From: Azolla caroliniana
Lineage: Eukaryota; Plantae; Polypodiophyta
Length of the DNA stretch: 64,000 bases
Direction of reading: 5' to 3'
Assembly: GCA_043228905.1 (NCBI GenBank)
Contig: JBHGNT010000008.1
Location: 15,252,001-15,316,000, forward strand
In this document: positions 13,088 to 26,121 of the stretch, piece by piece
Layout of the letters: every line of letters starts with the position of its first letter
Numbering within the stretch: position 1 is the stretch's first letter
Made by a program: the position numbers and the translations under genes
The notes under the pieces: model-generated
Seen by the model: only the letters and a program-made list of their open reading frames with translations
Database searches by the model: none
Told to the model about the DNA's origin: nothing

Positions 13088-15720
13088 TGTTGTGAAGATC
13101 CGTCACTACGTGCGGATCGTGAGGCGGAACCGCCAGGGTTCTAAACCGGAAGGACTCGAAGTCTGCACTAGCTTTAGCGAGAAAGGAATTAAGATAGATT
13201 GAAAGAGAGAGAGATTGAGATAAGATAGAATGCTTGACTTTAGATTGAACTCTTGACTTTAGATTTGAAGAACAAGATTGATACATTATTTGGATAACGA
13301 ATTTCTTACTTTTAATTTCTTGATTAATACATTGCTCCCATTTTTCTTCTTCATCCACTCTTTTATAGACGCCCCCATGCATATGATGCATGTGAGAGTA
13401 CAAGACATGCATACAATGCATGGAATGCATGTGATGCATGTTTGCCATTTGGCGTTCATGCATTACATGTGATGTATGATAACCATGTCACTCAATCAAG
13501 CTCTAATATGAGAATTTGCATGTAAAAGTATAATGATAGAAAAAACATTTCTAAGGAAATCACTAAGTGTAGTGGTAAGTCTATTGCCTCCTTTCTTAGA
13601 GGAGCAAGGTTCAAGCCTTGCTTGCATCCCTTTGATTACAAATTTTTAATAGGTTTTTTGGTCTAGATGATTTTGTTCGTTTCACACCGAAATTGTCGCG
13701 ATCAACATATCCGATCGATCCGTCTATCTGGTCCGCTTCCGACCCAGTGATCCGGTCTATCCATTCTGGTTCTGGTTCCGATGTCGGTTTCGGTTCCATC
13801 GTCGTCCGGTGCTGGTGCTGGTGCCGGTGTCGGTGCCGGTGCCGGTTTCGGTTCCGCCAAAACCATTGGGAGTAGTTAAGCCAAAGTTTAGCCCAAGAAC
13901 ATTCTATGCTCCAGTCATAGACAAAAAGTAACAAGTTCTGGATCTGCTTATATACTGTGGGATCCTGATTTGTCCTATCTATGTGGGATATCTCATAGTT
14001 TTGTTTTCCTCTTCTTCTTATCGAACTTCACATTCGCATAACTTGACATTTATTTGTCCGTTTCAAATGTAGTAAAGTACATTTGGAAGCTCTTGAAGAC
14101 CTCCATCATCCCGTACCAAGATATTAAGCTAATCTAAAATAGTATCTTCACTATCATTGTTTTATGTCTTGTATGAAGAACCACACTTGATTTTGGACAT
14201 TCCTAGCAAATTTCATACCATTGCCGAAAATCTTCACGACATCCACCCCCACCAAACTGCACGTCCTCTAGTACGTGCCAAGAAGAGAGAATGTGAGATT
14301 TCGGCAATAGTGATCAACATGACTCCTCCACATCGAGTATGTCCATTTCTTTGCAATCGAATCATTTTTGCCACCCAATCCACCATATCATTCGCTCATT
14401 CTTTGCTTTACCATGATCAAATGTCATGGTTCCTTGTTCTTCTTTCGAGCATATCCGTTTAGGCTTTATGCATGTTCCACCTTTGTCCTGATCGTCTCCT
14501 TGCTCAAGGCACTTTGAGCCGTCACACATTTTATTTTTATATTTTTCTCCCCAAGACTTTATCTGAATAATGATATTGACTACCCCATGTAGTACCTTCA
14601 AGTGCATGCCCACTTCGTGATCCTTACGCGACTGTGCTCTATGTTTCTCACTTTGTCCACTTTCATGGTACAATCTCATGTTATTGTTGACAATCTTCAC
14701 AGTATTGTCTTTGATAGATGTTTTGATCACATCCTTTGGATCCTCATGGCTCGGTTGGCCATCGTCATCCCTTGTCATATTTTGCTCAAACTCTTTGTTG
14801 CACACATCAGCTTTAACCCTTGGTTCTTCCCCGTCACTATCCTTCTCTTGGGTCTTACATCAGTTAATGCCCAAGTCTCTAGAACGAGTGTGGAGGGACC
14901 CATACATTTCCATCGTCCATCTTTTTCGTGCAACACTTAGCCATTTCCATCTTAAAGTTGTCTGAATCAATATTGACCTTTGCTTCCTCGCTGCCAGCTT
15001 CCGTCTCTTGGGTCTTACATCGGTTAATGCCCAAGTCTCTAGAACTAGTGCGGGGAAAGGCTCTTCATGGCCATTCACCATCTTCGCTTTGACATCATTT
15101 TCCATAGCTATCTCTTCAAAGTCATGGGCCTCGTACCCATTGATCCTTTTTATTGAGCAGTCCTTTATTATGCTTCTCTCTTCGTCGAATGTATTAGTTT
15201 CGACCTTCAGTTCTTCGCCATCACCTCCCATGTCTTGGGTCTTACATCGGTTCTCAGACGCAATTGCCCAAGTCTCTAGATGAAGTGTTAGGAAAGTCTC
15301 CACATGACCATCCGCCATCAACTCATCCATAGCCATTTCCAACTCAATGTTGTTTTTCGTGGATATCTCTTCAATCTCATGGGCCTCGCACCCATTGACC
15401 CTCTTGATCGAACAAGCTTCAATTATGCTTCTCTCTTTAGCTTCGACCTTTGGTTCTTCATCGTCACCTTCCGTCTCACGTTGGTTAGCGGATGTAACTG
15501 CCCAAGTCTCTAGATGAAGTGCGGAGAAAATCTGGCCATGGTCATTGTCGATGCTTGTTGTCTTGTTCATAGTCACCTCCTCAATGTCGAATTTAGTGGC
15601 TAGATCCTCTATCATGTCAACCTCACACTCTTTTTCTCCCTTGATGCAAGCTTCGATTTGGCTTGCTCCATCATCCGTTGTTTTGAATTGTTGAGAGTCG
15701 AACACAACTTCCCTTAGATA
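13088..15720 (-). mobile_element. Old relic of the Gag-only non-autonomous family: 3' LTR (~13088-14241) plus 3' half of the ORF
   Basis: The LTR end and PPT region (gccgaaaatcttcacgacatccacccccaccaaac) match 39037-39070. ORF 14860-15705 has LETWA repeats homologous to the PETSA repeats of ORF 39146-41242. Confidence 0.8.
13564..13628 (+). promoter_or_regulatory. tRNA-like A/B-box module in an LTR
   Basis: taagtgtagtggtaa, then a T-arm-like hairpin gcaagg-ttcaag-ccttgc at 13604-13621. Confidence 0.6.
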
Positions 15721-15743
15721 GGTTTCACACTAGCTCATGGACA

Positions 15744-16144
15744 TGTTGGGCTAGTTTTGTAAATAATAAAAAGGGCACTTGCCTTAGCTTATGTCATGAT
15801 GACACTTACATGCAATTTGGGTTTACAAGGAATCGAACCCACAACCTTGTTATATTCGCATCGAGTTCTTGACCATTGTAATGATATATTTATTTGTAAA
15901 AGAATTGATAAACTATATGAAATACTATAGAGTAATCTAGAGTACTCTATGTTCTAGAATGTTCTAGAATATTCTAGAGTGCTCTTTTGTCTAGGAAATT
16001 CTAGAATATTCTAGCATGGTCTTTATTCTAGGAAGTTCTAGAATATTCTAGCATGGTCTTTATTTTAGGAATTTCTAGAATATCCTATTAAAACTTATAA
16101 ATATGCATATTACCATAAGGGATGAACCAATTTGGTTCAACGCC
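15744..16144 (+). repeat. Truncated LTR of the same Tcn1-like family as 11904-12380, in opposite orientation
   Basis: ttctagaa tandem motifs and a TATA at ~16095. The segment aaccaatttggttcaacgcc is the reverse complement of 12094-12113 with 2 mismatches. Confidence 0.7.
15820..15884 (-). promoter_or_regulatory. tRNA-like A/B-box module in an LTR
   Basis: Perfect B box GGTTCGATTCC (15839-15829), with a weak A-like box acaatggtcaag upstream. Confidence 0.65.
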
Positions 16145-17437
16145 GAGAGGCAAAAACACTGAAGCAGGCTTGGGAAAACCTCAAGAAGATCTTCATAGCT
16201 AATACGGCCGCACAAAAGCTCCAATTTCGACAGGAGCTGAACAATCTTCAACAAAGAGACATGTCAATCGACAACTACACCTTAAAGATCAAGGAGTTGT
16301 GCGATGCCCTTGAATCGATCAATGTTAGCATTGACGACGAAGAAATGATGCAGATATTCCTCGGTGGTTTGGCATCACGATTTGGCACAATAAGATCAAC
16401 CGTTCTCGCAGGAGAGAATCCTCCCTCCTTTTTTGATCTCCAATCATTATTGTTAGTCAAAGAGAATCACGTGTGTCAAAGGAACAACGCGCATGACGGA
16501 CAAATGCCATATTCGAACTTTGATGGAGGAAGAGGACAAAGTCGCGGAAGGAGAGGTCGATTCGGCCAAGGCTGACACAACCAAGAGTGTAACTCCCACC
16601 AATGGCAAGCAAACAGAAACGGACCTAGAGAGTTCGACGGAAGGGGGAATCATCACGCCGGACCAAGCAACTGTAGGAACCCAGTTTGAGTGTGGGTACT
16701 GCGGAAAACCCGGCCACTATGAAGAGAAGGAAGAAGAAGCGTGAGCAAGGCCGACAACTAACAAATTATGCCACGAACTCCAACTACGGCGACTGCGGCA
16801 GAACGTTCATAATGAAGCACAAAGCGCACTCAATGTCCGCACTTGCGTCAACTACCGATTCCACCACGAACAACGTATAATTTGTCGATTCGGGAGCATC
16901 CAATCACATGACATCCCATGAAGATTGGTTTCGGAAACTACGGAAGCTCGAACGTCCCGTATATGTCGAAACAGGAGATGACACAACTCACCCAATACAA
17001 CATATCGGGAATGTCCCATTCGGAAACAACGGCAAACAGACCTACCTCAAGAACGTGTTGCATGTCCCTACTATTACGAAAAACCTGGTCTCAGTCAGTT
17101 AGATTGTTGAACAAGGAATGCAAGTACGCCTCAATAATGATGGATGCTTCATCAATAAAGGGAATCAAGTCGTACCCCTCAACCAACGAGAAGGCTATAT
17201 GTTCATCCTCGAATCGAGCGAGGTAAACTCGGCCATGTTTGCAAAGGGCTAGAAAGTCAAAACCGCCTTGAAACAGTGGCACAAGAGAATCGGCCACATC
17301 AATCTCCAAAAGCTGCAGAACATGCAATCGAAAGGAGTCGTAATCAGACTCCCGAACTTTACGGCGAAGGAGATTACAGGCGTATGCGAAGCATGTCAGT
17401 TCGAAAAGCAACGCCGTTGCCCATTCCCTAAAGAGAC

Positions 17438-17852
17438 TGTAAACGATTACTTGCAGAAGCGTTAGAAAACTTAGAAGGTAGGTAATACACAAAGTACACG
17501 GGAGAGACAAAGAGAGAGCAGAATGTAAAGGCTATATTCAAAACGATATAATCACTCTGTACATACAACTATGCTCAGTAGCATTATTTATACAAGTCCT
17601 CGTGGGACTGATAGAAGTACCGTGTACTTCAATGCTCACACGAGCATCTAACACTTACTACGAGACTATAATTGCCTAGTAGTCTACACTAATACTAGGC
17701 TTCCGGTTACTGATTGGATCCCGCTAATCGGCTCCCCAGCTCACCGGCTCTGTTGCTTGCTGGCTCGGTTGCTCACAGCTTACCGATCCGTCTCGCTTGC
17801 CGGCTCAGGCTTATTCAGCCAATCCGGCTCCAATTGAGCTTGCCACTCAACA
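17438..17852 (-). repeat. Copia B 3' LTR
   Basis: Direct repeat of 22788-23186 with an adjacent PPT. Confidence 0.95.
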
Positions 17853-20800
17853 CTTCCCCTCAAGCTCAACTTGAGGTTGGATGTTAGTGTCAGTCTCTGT
17901 GGTAGCCGGTTCTTCCAATCGACTTCTCCTGGTGTCGCTTCGCCTTGCTCGCGCTCCTCGTCCGATTCGGTTCTATTTTGCGCGACCCCTCCTGTTCTGC
18001 GCGCCTTGACCTTCTCGGTCGGTATGTCTGCTCAATAGGCCCCTCTCAGCTCCTTCGCTGTTATGACTCCGGCGCTTATCGATACGTCGGTTTCTCCGTG
18101 ATGGCATCGACTTCCGCTGCATCTGTGTCTGCTTGGCCTTGAATTGATCCGGTTCTTCTGAATCTGTCTGTTGAACCGAATCGATTGTCTCCGATTCGTT
18201 CCAGCTCTTGTCTGAATCGGTTGTTCCCGATTCGTCTTCTAGTTCCAAGCCCATTACCACATCAGACCATGTCCGGGTCTTGGCCTTCTTCCTTCAGTCG
18301 GCTCTGTCCTTCTTGACTCTGCCGCCTTCTGTTATCCTCTCACCGACGCGATCGGCAATCTCTTTGCCTTTGCCCGTTCCGGTGTCTCTACCCGTTCTCC
18401 CCCTCAAGTGTGGCACGTCAAGATGCTGAACACCAAGCATGTCGGTAAAGTGTTGCAACTTGTCCGGTCTGAGCGGCTTGGTGAAGATGTCGGCAACTTG
18501 CCGATCTGTGTGAACATACCGTAGTTCAACTTCACCGCTCAGGACCCGCTCACACACAAAGTGATAATGCACTTCTATGTGTTTCGTGCGAGCATGGAAT
18601 ACAGGGTTCTTGGCGAGTTGCATGCTGCTTATGTTGTCGCAGTAGACCAGAATCGGGGTCGGTACCTCGATCCGTAAGTCTTGCAGCAGTCGCCGAAGCC
18701 AAATGGCTTCACAGGTGGCAATGGTAGTACCCCGATACTCAGCCTTAGTGCTCGACAAAGCAACTATTGGCTGTTTTTTGCTTATCCACGCAACAACCGT
18801 GCTACCTAGGGAAAACATATTACCGGAGGTTGATCGGCGATCTGATGCATCGTTGGCCCAGTCGGCATTCGTGTAACCAACGAGCTCTTCGGTTATACCT
18901 CGCCGGTATAACAGTCTCCGATCCTTCGTGCCGCTTACATATCGCAGTATCCACTACGCGCACTGAAGGTGCTCCACGGTCGTCTTCTGCATGAACTGAC
19001 TTATCATTCCGACCGGATAGCTTATGTCAGGGCGTGTGATAGTCAGGTAAATAAGGCTTCCGAAAATTTGTCGAAACCGTTTCTTGTTGCAGGCCGGTCC
19101 GGAGTTGGGACGGAGCTTCTGGTTCCGGTCCAAGGGTGTGGAGACAGGTCAACATTCTGTCATGCCGAACTTGTACAACATATTCAAGACATAATGTCGT
19201 TGTGAGAGTAATATGCCGTCGGGGGTTTGGATCACCTCAATCCCAAGAAAATAATGAAGGTCCCCCAGGTCCTTCATCTCAAATGCGTCCGAGAACAGGG
19301 ACTTGACGCGGTTGATTTCTGGAACACCCGGTCCGGTGATGACTAGATCATCAACATACAGCAGTATACATACCGGACCGGCTGAGCCTTGCCGGATGAA
19401 CAACGAAGAGTCCGATTTGGAGGCCACAAACCCCATCTTACACAACCGGTGTGTGATCTTCGCATTCCAAGCTCGAGGGGCTTGCTTCAAGCCATACAAC
19501 GACTTCTTCAGCCGACATACGGCCGACTTGTTCATCTCCAATTGAAAGTCGGGGAGCTGAGTCATAAAGACTTCTTCTTCAAGATCCCCCTGAAGAAACG
19601 CATTCTTCACATCCATATGGTGACGATGCCACCCCCTTGCTGCAGCAACCGCCAGCACCACACGAACCGTCGTCATCTTCACTACCGGAGTGAAGGTCTC
19701 GTCGTAGTTGATTCCGTGGGTCTGCGCATATCCCTTCGCCACTAACCGAGCTTTATACCAGTTAACAGAACCGTCGGTGTTGTACTTTACCTTGTATATC
19801 CACTTGCATCTAATCGGTTTATAGTGACGAGGAGGGTCAACCAAGTCCCATGTCTTGTTGACATCAAGTGCCCGCATTTCTTCCTCCATAGCGGCACGCC
19901 AATTTGTGTCCTTGGCCGCTTCTGCGTAGCTCTCTGGCTCACACTTCCGCCACCTTAGTCATGTACGCATAGTGATGCGCCATGTACTCATTGTACCCGT
20001 ACTGCTTGACGGGATCCTTCGGGCGGGTGGACCGACGTAACTCACTGGTACCCGGCTTAAGGCCTTTCTTGGCCAATTCAGTCTTCGTTACTGAAGGTCC
20101 ACCTTTGTCCTTGCTGGAGTCGGATGCACACCGATCCGACTCATCGTTGCCCGTTTTGAATTCCAGCATCTTCTTCTTCTCCATCTCTTTGCGCATGAAC
20201 CATCTCCTCGGTTCCTTGCACAAGGAGTGAACGGCAAAGTCTCCACTACTCGCCGGTTCCTCATCGAACTGGTCAGATTGACTCAGTCTCTCGTTTGGCC
20301 CGCTCAACCGGAACGATTCCGGACTCTCATCATGAGTTCACGCCTCATCATCCTCTACCTGGGCCGGTTCAGGCTCACTAGCCTCATCCTCGGGCATCAG
20401 TTCAGATTTGGAAGTCGGAGTTGGTAGGGAGTACGATGATGCCGATTCATCAAACTCGACATCTTGACTAACTCTAACCAGCTTTGTCTAGGGGTTATAA
20501 CACTTATAACCCTTTTGCTCTTGAGCATAGCCAACTAGGATGCATTTTTCTGATTTTGCGTCCAGCTTCCTCCGCTTCTCATCCGGTACATGCACATATG
20601 CAATGCTACCGAAGATCTTAAGGTGTCTCAAATTCCTCTTGCGCCCAAAATACAGCTCGTGAGCTGACACCTTGTCACCGATCTGGTTTTGGATGTAGAC
20701 AATCATTTGGACTGCCTCCGCCCAGTAGAATTTGGGCATACTCTTCTCCTCTAGCATTGCCCTTGCTGCATCAATGAGCAACCAATTCTTCCTCTCGACA

Positions 20801-22787
20801 ACACCGTTTTGTTGCAGTGTGTATCTGCAACTGAATTCTCGCCGAATTCCCGTTTGCTGCAGATAACTATTGAATTGGCCGGAAAAGTATTCTTTCCCGC
20901 CATCCAACCGCAGACATTTGATCTTTCTCTCCGATTCTCGTTCCACCATGCTTTGGAGTCTCCGGAAACACTCGAAGACTTCACTCTTCCGCTCAATGAG
21001 GTAGATCCATGTGTGCCGCGTATAGTCGTCGATGAAGGAGATGAAACATCGACTCCTGCCAACACTAACATTCTGTGTTGGTCCCCAGACATCCGAATGG
21101 ATTAGCTCGAGCTTGTTATGCCTCAGGTTACGTTCGGTAGGGGATGGAAGCCGGTGTTGCTTCCCGAGTTGGCAGGCTTCACATACTTGGGCCTTTCGGC
21201 CGCTGAACTTTGGCAAACCGAAAACAACTTGTTTCGTTTGCAGGTCTTGAAGCCTCCGGTAATTGACGTGGCCTATCCGCTTGTGCCACAAGTCGATGTC
21301 CGATTCGACCTTCTGTCCTTTTGCAAACAGAGTGGTGCCGACGTCATTGGTGTCGAGGATAAACATCCTCCCGTCTCTGCGCCCTTGCGCAATAATCTGG
21401 CCCTCTTCCTCGATGAAGCACCTGAGGTGCGTAAACCGCACCTGCATCCCCTGGTCGACTATCTGTCCGACCGACACCAGGTTCTTCGTGATTGTCGGAA
21501 CGTGTAATACGTTCATCAGCTTCCCTGTCTGTCCGACGTGTCTCAAAGGGATTTCTCCGACGTGCATGATTGGGTGAGGCGTGTCGTCTCCGGTTTCGAC
21601 TACTCCTGGTTGATCCGGTTTTTCCAAAAAGGAGAACCACTCTTTGTGGTTCGTCATGTGGTTCGACACACCAGAATCAACATACCACACTTCCTCCAAT
21701 TTGGAAGTGGTCTTCTTCATCGAGTTCGCCTTGTGCTTCATCACAAAGGCTAGCCCGTTAGCGTACTTGGATCCTCCCGATCCCTTCGCGTAGTGCGAGC
21801 TTTGCCGGCCATCCTTGTCGGCCTTGCCGGATCCAGATTTGTCCGAATCGGCTCGTTTTCTCCAGCACTCGCTTTCTCTGTGGCCCTTTTTGCCACAGTA
21901 CCAACATTCTGTTGCTGACTTCTCTTGGCGTCTTCCGGTGTCGCCATGACTCCCCCTGCCTGTGGGAGTCCCGGAACCGCTGTCAACACGTTCTCTGTGC
22001 CTTCATTCTTGCTCTTGCCGGCCGCCTCCATTGTGTGCCGACTCGCCTCGTCCACCACGCCCAGGGGACCGATCGGCCTCCGTGTACAACTTCCGGCTAT
22101 CAGTGGGTGCGCTAGTTGACGCACCGGCGTGGTTCTCCTCTACAAGGAGCATCGACTGTAAGTCGAAAAATGACGGTGTATTCTCCCTTGTACACACCGC
22201 CATTCGGAACACTCTGAACTTAGATGCTAGGCCCCCAAGACAGACCTGTACCATCTCATCTTCCTCTACGGTAACATTGATAGAGGCAAGTGAGTCATAG
22301 ATCTCTTTGATTCGGGCCGTGTAATCCGCCACCGACATGTCCTTCTGTCGGACATTGCTCAACTCTTGTCGGAGTTGTAGCTTCCGGGCTGTACTGCTTG
22401 CGGCGAAAACCTTCATCAGGTTCCCCCAAGCCTCCTTCGGCGTCTTGGCGTCTCGGTTGTGGCTCAGCAGCTGGTCTCTGACACTGGACGCGAAGCAGTA
22501 CATCACTCTGTTTGCCTATTGTTCCCACACTGGGAAGTCCTTATGTGCCGCATCAGGTGTTGTTTCGTTGGCTCCTTCGACCAAACTCCAGTAGCCATGC
22601 CGAAGCAGGTACTAGTGCATCTTATACGACCAAGATGCATAGTTGGATCTGTCGAGTTTCTCAATAGGGAGCGAGCTAGCCATCCCTCTATCCATCACTT
22701 CTCTTTCTGCTGTTTTACGACCTGTTAGGGTTTGCTTTCAAGCGTTTGTCGGCTGTAGAGGTGCTCAATCCTCGCGCTATGATACCA

Positions 22788-23186
22788 TGTAAATGATTAC
22801 TTGCAGAAGCGTTAGAAAACAGAGAAGGTAGGTAATACATAGAGTACACGAGAGAGACAAAGAGAGAGCAGAACGTAAAGGCTATATTCAAAATGATATA
22901 ATCACTCTCTACATACAACTATACTCAGTAGCATTATTTATACAAGTCCTCGTGGGACTGACAAAAGTACCGCGTACTTCAATGCTCACACGAGCATCTG
23001 ACACTTACTACGAGACTATAATTGCCTAGTAGTCTACACTAATACTAGGCTTCCGGTTACTGATTGAATCCGGCTAACCGGCTCCCCAGCTCACTGGCTC
23101 TGCAGCTCACACCTTACCGATCCGTCTCACTTGCCGGCTCAGGCTTATTCAGCCGATCCGGCTCCAGTTGAGCTTGCCGCTCAACA
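22788..23186 (-). repeat. Copia B 5' LTR
   Basis: Direct repeat of 17438-17852 with an adjacent Met PBS. Confidence 0.95.
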
Positions 23187-24219
23187 GAGCGGCATGTGAA
23201 CAAAGGAATCCTCGATGTTGTACATTCACATGTGTGGGGACCAGCCCAGACAACAACATTCAGCGGATACCGATACTATGTCATGTTCCTCGACGACTTC
23301 TTTAGGAACACCTGGATCTATCCGATGAAGCAGAAGAGTGAAGTGTTCAGGCACTTCTAGACATTCAAAGCTGAAGTTGAAAAAACTACGGGATGGCATG
23401 TACGTTGTCTTTGATCAGATGGGGGTAAAGAATATTTTCCGGATGAATTTTCGGCGTATCTTCAAAAAGAAGGAATCCGACAAGAGTTCTCCTATCGACA
23501 CATGCCTCAGCAAAACTTCATAGCAGAGCGTAAAAATCGCCATGTAGTAGAAGTCGCACGAGCCATGATGAACGAGAAGAACCTGTCGAAATCATATTGG
23601 ACAGAAGCGGCAAATATGGCCATATATCTCATGAACAGGTGCACAACCTCGGGAGTACATGATATAACTCCGCATGAGAAGTTCTTTGGAAAGAAGCCGG
23701 ACTTGTCACATGTCCACATTTTCGGTTCTATCGCCTACGTACATATTCCCGACGATACGCGGCAAAAGCTTCATCCAAAGTCGGAGAAATGTATCCTTGT
23801 AGGATACACACTCGAACACAAGGGGTACAAATGCTACAACCCATCTACCCGTAAGGTTCGAACAAGTCGAGACGTCGTCTTCGACGAATACGCATCCTGG
23901 TACGCACCAGAGAACACTTCGACTCCAACCCTGCCCAAAGCGGATGATATTGAAATAGAAAAAGAAGCTTAGGATCGGCTCACACAGATGTTAGAAGACA
24001 ACCCAATTATGACACGGCTGAGTGGACCATCAAAACCGCCGAGCGATGAAAGCACATCTCGGCTGAGTTCGAAGCTGGACAAAGGGAAGGCGAAAATGCG
24101 GGAATATGAAGAACAGGAAGAGACCGAGATGCTTCACTCTCTTGACAGTGAATTTGAAGATCTCGACATCCGCATAGATGGAGCGAAGAAAGCCATACTC
24201 CCCATGGATCGAGAGCTAC

Positions 24220-24248
24220 AACACCTTCGCGTTCACAAGTGGAAGGAT
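24220..24248 (+). repeat. Left terminal inverted repeat (29 bp)
   Basis: Reverse complement of 44030-44058 with 2 mismatches. Confidence 0.95.
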
Positions 24249-24569
24249 AAGGAAAATTTTGGTTGATTTTAGGGCTTTTTCAATGATTTTACAAAACACA
24301 TTGATACCAGTATCATACATGTTCAAACATACTATGAAAAAGGTTAAAATCCACTATTTCCGTGATTTAGAAGTAACTAAAAAAAAGAGGAATTTCAAAA
24401 AGTTACATTCTCAATTTATATCACAAATTTTACAACCAATGTTATTTTATAAGAAAAGATCTTTTAGAAATCATAAGAATTCAAAACACATGCTTTTATA
24501 TTACTCGATTTGTTACAAGCGGAATGTATTTACACTTAATAGCCAAAAATACATTCATGATCACTCCTT

Positions 24570-25324
24570 TACGGAGAATCACTACTATAACTAATATACA
24601 ATGACGATTCCTCCTCGTCATCCTCGGATGTACCAATCAGTGCATTATCTTCTCAATAAACCAAATGGTTTGACTCTAGATTATATGTAGCAGATCTCGT
24701 TTGCCTTTGACTAGAGCCACCTTGTGGACCTGGTAATTTTTCTTTTATTGTATCTATTCTTGACTTCCTTAATCGTCCGGCTTTTGTAAGTGTGAAGTCA
24801 TACACAAGGATATCGACATCAGAGATATCAAGGGTAGAGGTGTTACAAATGTTTCGCTTCCTCTTCCTACCTCCCCTTCTTGTTGGGCATTCAATCATCT
24901 CCAATGTATACTTACCTGTAAAAGCATTTGCACTTCTAGTGTTGTACCAATGAATGTTTATAGACTTGGTAGTGTTTTCCATTTCATGCATTAGCACTTC
25001 TAGAATTTTACCAACCCAAAATTGGTGGCCATGTGAATTCTCATCAGCCGGCGTTGCAATCAACATCCCCGTCGTGAGCTCTTGCAAATTGCCTTGCCAT
25101 CTAGCTTCGGCTGATTTGGTCATCCTTGGTCCCACATAAATGTCTCTTTGTTGTGGATGGACCAAACTGTCATTAATCGCATTTGCTGGTTGCTCCGAAG
25201 TTCTATTTACACGATCGTGTTGCGGCGACCATGTGAATGGCGTTTCCAAATTCCAATTATCACCAAATACACAATTGTCTATAATTCCTTTCTGATCACT
25301 ATAAAATACACCCTACCATGACGT
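24570..25324 (-). pseudogene. C-terminal part of the Sola-like transposase, split off by the Gypsy insertion
   Basis: Removing 25325-32613 joins ...AAKKYAAQQDT-SW*GVFYSDQ... in frame with ORF 24653-25249. Confidence 0.8.
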
Positions 25325-26121
25325 TGTCGTGCCTTTCGGCTCCGGATCGTTGCGTGAGTCGGGTGGGAACCACAGAGGTCTTGGACTAGGAGAAAGAAGT
25401 TCGTGAGATAGAGATTAATTATGAGTAAATAGCAAAGAGAAAGATAAGAAACTCGTGAATCACACGAGTATACTATATTAATTGGTACTTAGGGTGTTAA
25501 GAGAGAAGTAGATGTATAAATCGTGAATCCCACGAATAATTTTTGTATTGATTAATACTTAATCCAAATAATCAACAACCCTTTATATATTTCTCTCCTC
25601 CTTATATAAGGAAGGAAGAGCTAAGCATGGCTTCATGCTTTTTTTTTTTGTACAAAAAGTGTTCATGTCCACTAAATGTGCATGTGATGCTTTTTTATTT
25701 CCTAAGTATAGGGCTCATGCACGCTAGATGTGCATGAGTTATTTTTTAGTGTCTCGTGTTTTTTTTTTCTTTTTCATATATTAAAAAAATACACGATTTA
25801 CCTTTTAATAAAGGTATGCATAAATAAAGGTCTTATACGTATTAAATCTATATTTAAAACACTTAAGATAAGTTAATGTAATGGTAAGGTTGGGGTTTGT
25901 CAACGTGGAGGTGCATAGTTCGAATCATGCCCTGCGCAGTAGTGAGTATTTCCTTTTTTTTTTTTTACATTTATGTCTCTTTATCCGGCTCTTCCTTGCC
26001 GGTATGCCGTTTTCCTCCTTGCCGGTATGCCGTTTTCTTCCGGTTCTCACCGAGCACTCCATTCTCTATCCGGAGGGACAAAAATATAATTTCCACATAG
26101 TGTGCAACCTACACTACGACA
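25325..26121 (-). repeat. Gypsy 3' LTR
   Basis: Direct repeat with TGTCGT...ACGACA ends. Confidence 0.97.
25874..25938 (+). promoter_or_regulatory. tRNA-like A/B-box module in the Gypsy LTR (second copy at ~32338-32402)
   Basis: taatgtaatggtaag ... gaggtgca.agttcgaatca. Confidence 0.6.

Larger units (their letters stand above)
17438..23186 (-). mobile_element. Full-length degenerate Ty1/Copia (copy B, ~5.75 kb)
   Basis: LTRs 17438-17852 and 22788-23186. PBS tggtatcatagc (tRNA-iMet) at 22776-22787. gag 22003-22506, PR-INT 20488-21744, RT 19149-19889, RH 18294-18818. The TSD is imperfect (gagac/gagcg). Confidence 0.96.
16145..24219 (+). mobile_element. Degenerate Copia (host copy A: gag, PR, INT), interrupted by Copia B at 17438-23186 and by the DNA transposon at 24220; resumes at 44059-44178
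   Basis: Gag zinc knuckle CGYCGKPGH, DSGASNHM, WHKRIGH and integrase 23502-23972. The sequence is continuous across both insertions when compared with the paralog at 44200-45430. Confidence 0.92.
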
